In this document: piece after piece, positions 59,829 through 64,000 of the stretch | Position numbering within the stretch: the stretch's first letter is position 1 | How the letters are laid out: each line of letters opens with the position of its first letter | Origin: Candidatus Sulfopaludibacter sp. SbA3 | GTDB taxonomy: Bacteria; Pseudomonadota; Alphaproteobacteria; Caulobacterales; Hyphomonadaceae | NCBI GenBank assembly: GCA_945888325.1 | Contig: CAMDAC010000013.1 | Span: 3,520-67,519 of the forward strand | Length of the DNA stretch: 64,000 nt | Reading direction: 5' to 3' | Notes under the pieces: generated by a model | What the model saw: the letters and a program-made list of their open reading frames with translations, nothing else | The model's database searches: none | Told to the model about the DNA's origin: nothing | Program-made: the position numbers and the translations under genes

Positions 59829-60824
59829 TTATGCCGTGACCGTCTGCTTGCGGACGAATCCAAGGCCCTTGGCGAGGGCAGTTCGCGCATCGTCGTATTC
59901 ACGGACGAGCTGGTCGACAAAGACCTTCACCGGCACGCGGGCCTTGACGGCGCCGATGCCCTGCCCGCAGCCCCAGATGTCTTTCCAGGCTTTGGCTTCG
60001 GTGTTGCCGCCGGAGCCGAAGTTCATCTTGGACGGGTCGCTTTCGGGAAGGTTGTCGGGGTCGAGACCTGCGGCGATGATCGACGGCTTGAGGTAGTTGC
60101 CGTGCACGCCGGTGAAGAGGTTCGTGTAGACGATGTCCTCGGCGCCGTAGGCAGCGATCGCGTCCTTGTAGCCGTCAGGCGCATTCGCCTCATCACATGA
60201 GATGAAGGCCGAACCGATATAGGCGAGGTCGGCCCCCATCGCGAGCGAGGCGGCCACGGCGCCGCCATTGGCTATGGAGCCGGAGAGAGCGAGCGGGCCG
60301 TCGAAGAACTCGCGGATCTCCTGGATCAGTGCGAAGGGCGAAAGCACGCCGGCATGGCCGCCGGCGCCGGTGCAGACGGCGATGAGGCCGTCGGCGCCTT
60401 TCTCGAGGGCTTTCTTGGCGAAGCGCGTGTCGATCACGTCATGCAGCACGACGCCGCCATAGGAGTGGACCGCGTCGTTGAGGTCCCTCTGCGCGCCGAG
60501 CGAGGTGATGATGATCGGCACCTTGAATTTCACGCAGGCGTCGATGTCGTGCTGGAGACGGTTGTTGGTCTTGTGGACGATCTGGTTGACCGCGAAGGGC
60601 GCGGCGGGGCGATCCGGGTTCTGGCGGTTGTACTCGGCGAGTTCTGTCGTGATCCGCTCCAGCCATTCGTGCAGAACCGGGCCGGGGCGCGCGTTGAGCG
60701 CCGGGAAGCTGCCGACGACGCCCGCCTTGCACTGGGCAATCACGAGGTCCGGTGTCGAGATGAGAAATAGCGGCGAGGCGATCACCGGGATGCGCAGGTT
60801 CTGCAGGATTGGCGGCAGCGACAT
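59829..60824 (-). CDS. Nitronate monooxygenase / NAD(P)H-dependent flavin oxidoreductase family
   Basis: 331 aa. TIM-barrel FMN protein pattern (PVIASPLFLIS, GADGLIAVCTGAGGHAG). Confidence 0.8.
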   Translation of the reverse strand: MSLPPILQNLRIPVIASPLFLISTPDLVIAQCKAGVVGSFPALNARPGPVLHEWLERITTELAEYNRQNPDRPAAPFAVNQIVHKTNNRLQHDIDACVKFKVPIIITSLGAQRDLNDAVHSYGGVVLHDVIDTRFAKKALEKGADGLIAVCTGAGGHAGVLSPFALIQEIREFFDGPLALSGSIANGGAVAASLAMGADLAYIGSAFISCDEANAPDGYKDAIAAYGAEDIVYTNLFTGVHGNYLKPSIIAAGLDPDNLPESDPSKMNFGSGGNTEAKAWKDIWGCGQGIGAVKARVPVKVFVDQLVREYDDARTALAKGLGFVRKQTVTA

Positions 60825-60911
60825 GAGGGTCAGTCTCCAAGGGGGAAAGTAGCTGGGCGGAACTTAGCTTTGGGGCGCGGCGGAGCAAGCCTTACGCAGG
60901 GAGAGGCGCAA

Positions 60912-61475
60912 TCACTTGGCGAGGTCAGGGTCCAGCTTCAAGTCATCATCGAGCTGCACGCCGAAGGAGTTCAGCATCATCGAGACCTGCGTGTACTGGG
61001 CAACCGTCATCACGAGATCCATGCGCTGTTTTTCGGTCAGCGAGGCGAGCTGCGCCCAGGTCTTGTCGGTGATGAAGGCGTCGGAGGTCAGTTCGTCTGT
61101 CGCGCGCAGGAGCGCGGCGTCGACGGCGCTCCAGCCGGGGGCGTCGGGGCCGGTCTTGATGCGGGCGATCTCTTCGTCCGTGAGGCCGCACTGCTTGCCG
61201 ATGCGCACATGCTGGGCCCATTCGTAGCCGGATTTCCAGTTGAAACCGGCGCGCAGGATGACGATCTCGCGCTCGCGCGGCGGCAGGCTGTTATAATCCG
61301 AGAGGATGTAGCCGCCCCAGCGCATGAAGGATTTGTAGGCCTTCGGCGCGCGGCCGAGCGTGCGGAAAATGTTGAAGACGGGTCCGCGCCCGAACTGGGC
61401 AGCGAGCGCCTCCTTCTGCTCCGCGCTCATGTCCGAGTCCGCGAGCGGGGCAATCCTGGGGGCCTTGAGCCGCAT
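60912..61475 (-). CDS. Carboxymuconolactone decarboxylase (CMD/AhpD-like) family protein
   Basis: 187 aa. Two CMD-like half domains (EIVILRAGFNWKSGYEWAQHVRIG). Confidence 0.7.
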   Translation of the reverse strand: MRLKAPRIAPLADSDMSAEQKEALAAQFGRGPVFNIFRTLGRAPKAYKSFMRWGGYILSDYNSLPPREREIVILRAGFNWKSGYEWAQHVRIGKQCGLTDEEIARIKTGPDAPGWSAVDAALLRATDELTSDAFITDKTWAQLASLTEKQRMDLVMTVAQYTQVSMMLNSFGVQLDDDLKLDPDLAK

Positions 61476-61549
61476 CTTCCTGTTTCCTCAGGTTTTTCTG
61501 TTGCGGAGGATTAAAGGCCGGTCCGGCGCCGGCAGCAAGAGCCGGTGTT

Positions 61550-62572
61550 TCAGGTGGTGGGCGGGCCGAAGATCGGCGTGTTGTCGCGGTCGAGTGTTGC
61601 GGCGCGGGTGCGGGCGGGATCGGCCGCCGCTTGGTCGATGGCCGTGATCGTGGCCGCGTCGGCAATGCCGGTGACGGGCAAGCCGTTCTCCAGCTGGAAA
61701 GCAACGACCGCGCGCTTTGTGCCCTGCCCGAAGATGCCGTCTGCGCCGCCGGTCGAGATGCCGAGAGCTTCCAGATCGAGCTGCAGTTCGCGCACGCGCT
61801 CGCCCCGGCTGCCGGCTTGCAGCGGTTTGAGTGACGGGGTGGTGGGCACCGGTTCGGGCGCGACGTTCTGCGGAGCCTGCGTGACCGAGAGCGCGGTGTT
61901 GGTCCAGAGGATGCGCAGGTCCTCATGGTTGGCGGCGGCGGTGTCGTTGGGATTGCCGCGGTTGACGCCGCGCGAGACTTTCACCGCGTCGTTCTGGTCC
62001 GCGTAGGCATTTAGCCCATTGGTTTTCCAGAAGGCCGCGGCGACTTCGACGGATTTGGTGAGGTCGCGCTTGATGATGTCCGGATCATTCGCGAGATCGA
62101 TGCCGGCAGCCTCGCCATACTTTGTATAATTGTACCGCCCGGTCAGCTGGATGAATCCGCGGCCGCGGAATTTCCAGCCGTCGCCGGGCTCGGTATTGCC
62201 GAGATCCGTGCGGCCACCATAGACGGTGTTGGCGATCAGTTCCGGCTTGCGGGCGTGCTGCTTGGCGAGGTCCGGATTGCGGCGGTAATGGCGGAAGGTC
62301 TTGACCAGGCCTTCGGCGGAATAGTTAAAACCCTCCTCAGTGTATTTTAGCCAGCCGGTTTCGACGAGGCCTTGCCCGAAGAAGTGGCCGAGGCGGAGCG
62401 GCGTGTAGATGTCGTAGCGCTCCAGCGTCGGCCAGGAGTCGATGATCGCCTTGATGTAGCGGCCTTGCGTGCCGAGCTGCAGGATGTCCCAGCCATTGCG
62501 GCCGGGCAGCAGCTTCGCGATCTTGTCGAGATCAATGTCGCCGACACCGTTGATGGTTACAATCTTAGCCAT
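61550..62572 (-). CDS. Glycoside hydrolase family 19 (endolysin/chitinase-like) with a C-terminal PG_binding_1 domain; no signal peptide
   Basis: ATG 62572 has GGGAGGG upstream; the track start is 62590. GH19 core HFFGQGLVETGWLKYTEE and GDGWKFRGRGFIQLTGRYNY. C-terminal GSRGERVRELQLDLEALG...DGIFGQGTKRAVVAFQ. Confidence 0.8.
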   Translation of the reverse strand: MAKIVTINGVGDIDLDKIAKLLPGRNGWDILQLGTQGRYIKAIIDSWPTLERYDIYTPLRLGHFFGQGLVETGWLKYTEEGFNYSAEGLVKTFRHYRRNPDLAKQHARKPELIANTVYGGRTDLGNTEPGDGWKFRGRGFIQLTGRYNYTKYGEAAGIDLANDPDIIKRDLTKSVEVAAAFWKTNGLNAYADQNDAVKVSRGVNRGNPNDTAAANHEDLRILWTNTALSVTQAPQNVAPEPVPTTPSLKPLQAGSRGERVRELQLDLEALGISTGGADGIFGQGTKRAVVAFQLENGLPVTGIADAATITAIDQAAADPARTRAATLDRDNTPIFGPPTT

Positions 62573-62674
62573 AGCCCGCCCTCCCGGCATGGTGCGTTTG
62601 TGCCATGCACTGCAGGTTAGCTATAGCCTGATCTGAGTCGGAAATATGACTTTGAGTGAACTCGTGCCGGAGCG

Positions 62675-63112
62675 TCAGTCGTCGCTGCCGGACTTGCCTC
62701 GGGGATCCAGCAGGCCGCCAGCGATCACACCGGCGAGCGCGGCGATGATGAGCGCCTTCCTGGAGCCGCCGCCGACGGCGAGCCCCGTGAGTGTGCCCAG
62801 CGTGGCTTTCTGGCGGGCTGCTGCGACTTCTCGGGCACGTTCCGCTTCGGCGCGGGCCGAGAGCGTGCCGTACCAGAAGACCAAACCTGCCGCGCCAGCA
62901 AAGCCGAGCGCGATGGCACCGAGGGCGCCCCAGGTGCTCATATGCTGGGACAGGTAGAAAGCCAGGGCGCCGACGGCCAGGACATAGGCCGTCAGCAGGA
63001 ATAGGATGGCGACAAGCGTGTAGCCCAGCCCCTTAGCTTGCCGCGAGACGGCGCCTCCCAGATCAAGGCTGGCGAGCGACATCAGGGACGAGAGAAGCGG
63101 CAGGAAGCGCAT
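62675..63112 (-). CDS. YqjE-like membrane protein (family often annotated as phage holin family protein)
   Basis: 145 aa with two or three TM helices. Lies 9 nt downstream of the DUF883 gene, as in the E. coli yqjD-yqjE arrangement. Assignment rests on context and topology. Confidence 0.5.
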   Translation of the reverse strand: MRFLPLLSSLMSLASLDLGGAVSRQAKGLGYTLVAILFLLTAYVLAVGALAFYLSQHMSTWGALGAIALGFAGAAGLVFWYGTLSARAEAERAREVAAARQKATLGTLTGLAVGGGSRKALIIAALAGVIAGGLLDPRGKSGSDD

Positions 63113-63121
63113 TGCGCAGGA

Positions 63122-63466
63122 TCAGCGGCGCATCAGCAGCGAGGCGAGGAAGCCGACACCGAACGCGACGAGCAAGGTCTGGACCGGGTTGTCGCGGGCG
63201 GTCTGGACAACCTTCTTTTCTGCCGCGCCGGCCTTCTCCTTGATCTGGCTCACCATCTCGCGAAGCTCGTCCATGACATCTTCAACGGCATCACCGGAGA
63301 AGACGTCGGCGAGCGCGTCGAACTTCTTCTCGGCTGTCTTGCCGAGGGAAGCTTTGATCTCTTCCATCTCTGCGCGCAGCGCTTCGAGGCGAGCCTCCAT
63401 CTCCTGAGTCGCCTTGTCTGCAGCGGCTTTGGCGCGTTTCGAGGCATTCGAAGATGTGTCGGACAT
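63122..63466 (-). CDS. DUF883 (ElaB/YqjD/YgaM-like) membrane-anchored stress protein
   Basis: ATG 63466 has AGGTGA 6 nt upstream; the track start 63475 is a GTG. Coiled-coil N-terminal region and a C-terminal anchor NPVQTLLVAFGVGFLASLLMRR. Confidence 0.7.
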   Translation of the reverse strand: MSDTSSNASKRAKAAADKATQEMEARLEALRAEMEEIKASLGKTAEKKFDALADVFSGDAVEDVMDELREMVSQIKEKAGAAEKKVVQTARDNPVQTLLVAFGVGFLASLLMRR

Positions 63467-63510
63467 TTGGGTCACCTGTGGGTTTGCGATGGATACCGGC
63501 TAGAGGCGCC

Positions 63511-63536
63511 AAGGTATCACAAGGCTGAGGCGTTCC
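63511..63536 (-). promoter_or_regulatory. EcfG-type (general stress response) promoter-like motif upstream of the DUF883 gene
   Basis: The minus strand reads GGAAC (63536-63532), a 17-nt spacer, then CCTT (63514-63511). The alphaproteobacterial EcfG consensus as I recall it is GGAAC-N16/17-CGTT. About 45 nt upstream of the ATG. Confidence 0.35.
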
Positions 63537-63642
63537 CTTAAGGGAGAACACTGAAGCGACAGTGTAAAACATGGTTCAAATTGCGTTTGCCACCTGATTC
63601 ACGCAGGCGGAGAACCCACAACGGACCCGCTGCAAATGGGTT

Positions 63643-63909
63643 TCAGCCGCGGCCCATGCGGGCGCGGAGCAGTTCCAGCCAGGCCTGCTGGCGATGAACC
63701 ATGCTGATCAGGTCGCCCGGATCGCCGTCCGCGATCAGGCGGTCGAGCCAGAGACCAAGCACATTCGCCTGCGAATCGATCCAGTCACACAGTGGCCCGC
63801 TGGCCGGCATCGGGGAGGAAACGGGGCCGGCAGGGTCGGCCATGTTCACGGGACAGGTTCGGAAAATGCCCGGCAGTCCGGAGGCTTCCGGCTCGCCGGC
63901 TGGGGGCAT
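63643..63909 (-). CDS. Hypothetical ORF (88 aa); coding status doubtful
   Basis: Track ORF only. No recognisable family, a Pro/Gly-rich N-terminus and no clear RBS. Confidence 0.2.
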   Translation of the reverse strand: MPPAGEPEASGLPGIFRTCPVNMADPAGPVSSPMPASGPLCDWIDSQANVLGLWLDRLIADGDPGDLISMVHRQQAWLELLRARMGRG

Positions 63910-64000
63910 CCGGCGGCTTTAAGCATCGGCTTGGCGGGACGGGCGCATGGCTTGGCCTCCAGTTTGCGAATTATTCTCAATCGCACAGCGGGCGCCGTCG

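Noticed and set aside
61550-63475. Interpreting the GH19 plus holin-family genes as a prophage.
   Set aside because: No capsid, tail, terminase, integrase or repressor genes lie within reach. The holin-family gene is paired with DUF883, as in the chromosomal yqjD-yqjE loci. At most this is an isolated or domesticated module, which is reported as a finding.

Overview
This is a 64-kb window of a high-GC chromosome (roughly 60-65% G+C by eye). Gene content and synteny look like a free-living alphaproteobacterium, possibly Caulobacterales/Hyphomonadaceae-like, but I cannot verify taxonomy without a search. I support about 70 protein-coding genes, one tRNA-Thr(GGT), several intrinsic terminators and three long palindromic elements. 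I found no rRNA, CRISPR array, transposase, integrase or other mobile-element gene. Gene blocks in order:
- polA 3' end, ExoD-like and DUF2235-like genes.
- chvI and chvG-like two-component genes, separated by three other genes.
- A DUF4212 / SSS-symporter / acs acetate operon.
- L25 and pth, then NfeD and SPFH.
- An aa3 cytochrome c oxidase cluster (ctaC-ctaD-ctaB, a 56-aa ORF, ctaG-ctaE-SURF1) followed by thrC.
- tldD, a POT peptide transporter, gshA and rsmE.
- ubiA, a desaturase, a DsbA-like gene and a crotonase.
- An MsbA-like ABC exporter, an IMPase fused to DUF4170, and pmbA.
- An ECF sigma module.
- maf and infA, hisD, murA, glpK.
- An amidase / NMO / CMD group, then DUF883 / YqjE-like / GH19.
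Most of the window is ordinary core genome, and I do not see a convincing self-contained novel multi-gene system. The observations I rate highest are:
- A lower-GC islet encoding a lipoprotein with a carbonic-anhydrase-like His/Glu motif series.
- A stress-type DUF883/YqjE-like pair with an EcfG-like promoter, followed by a signal-less GH19 muramidase carrying a peptidoglycan-binding domain.
- An in-frame IMPase-DUF4170 fusion, and the start-codon problem it creates for the downstream ABC exporter.
- The split chvI...chvG locus, preceded by a 660-bp AT-rich spacer with direct repeats.
- An intrinsic terminator oriented against both of its flanking genes.
- A POT transporter with an ~85-90-aa extra loop domain.
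All family names are assigned from my own recognition of motifs. No database search was run.
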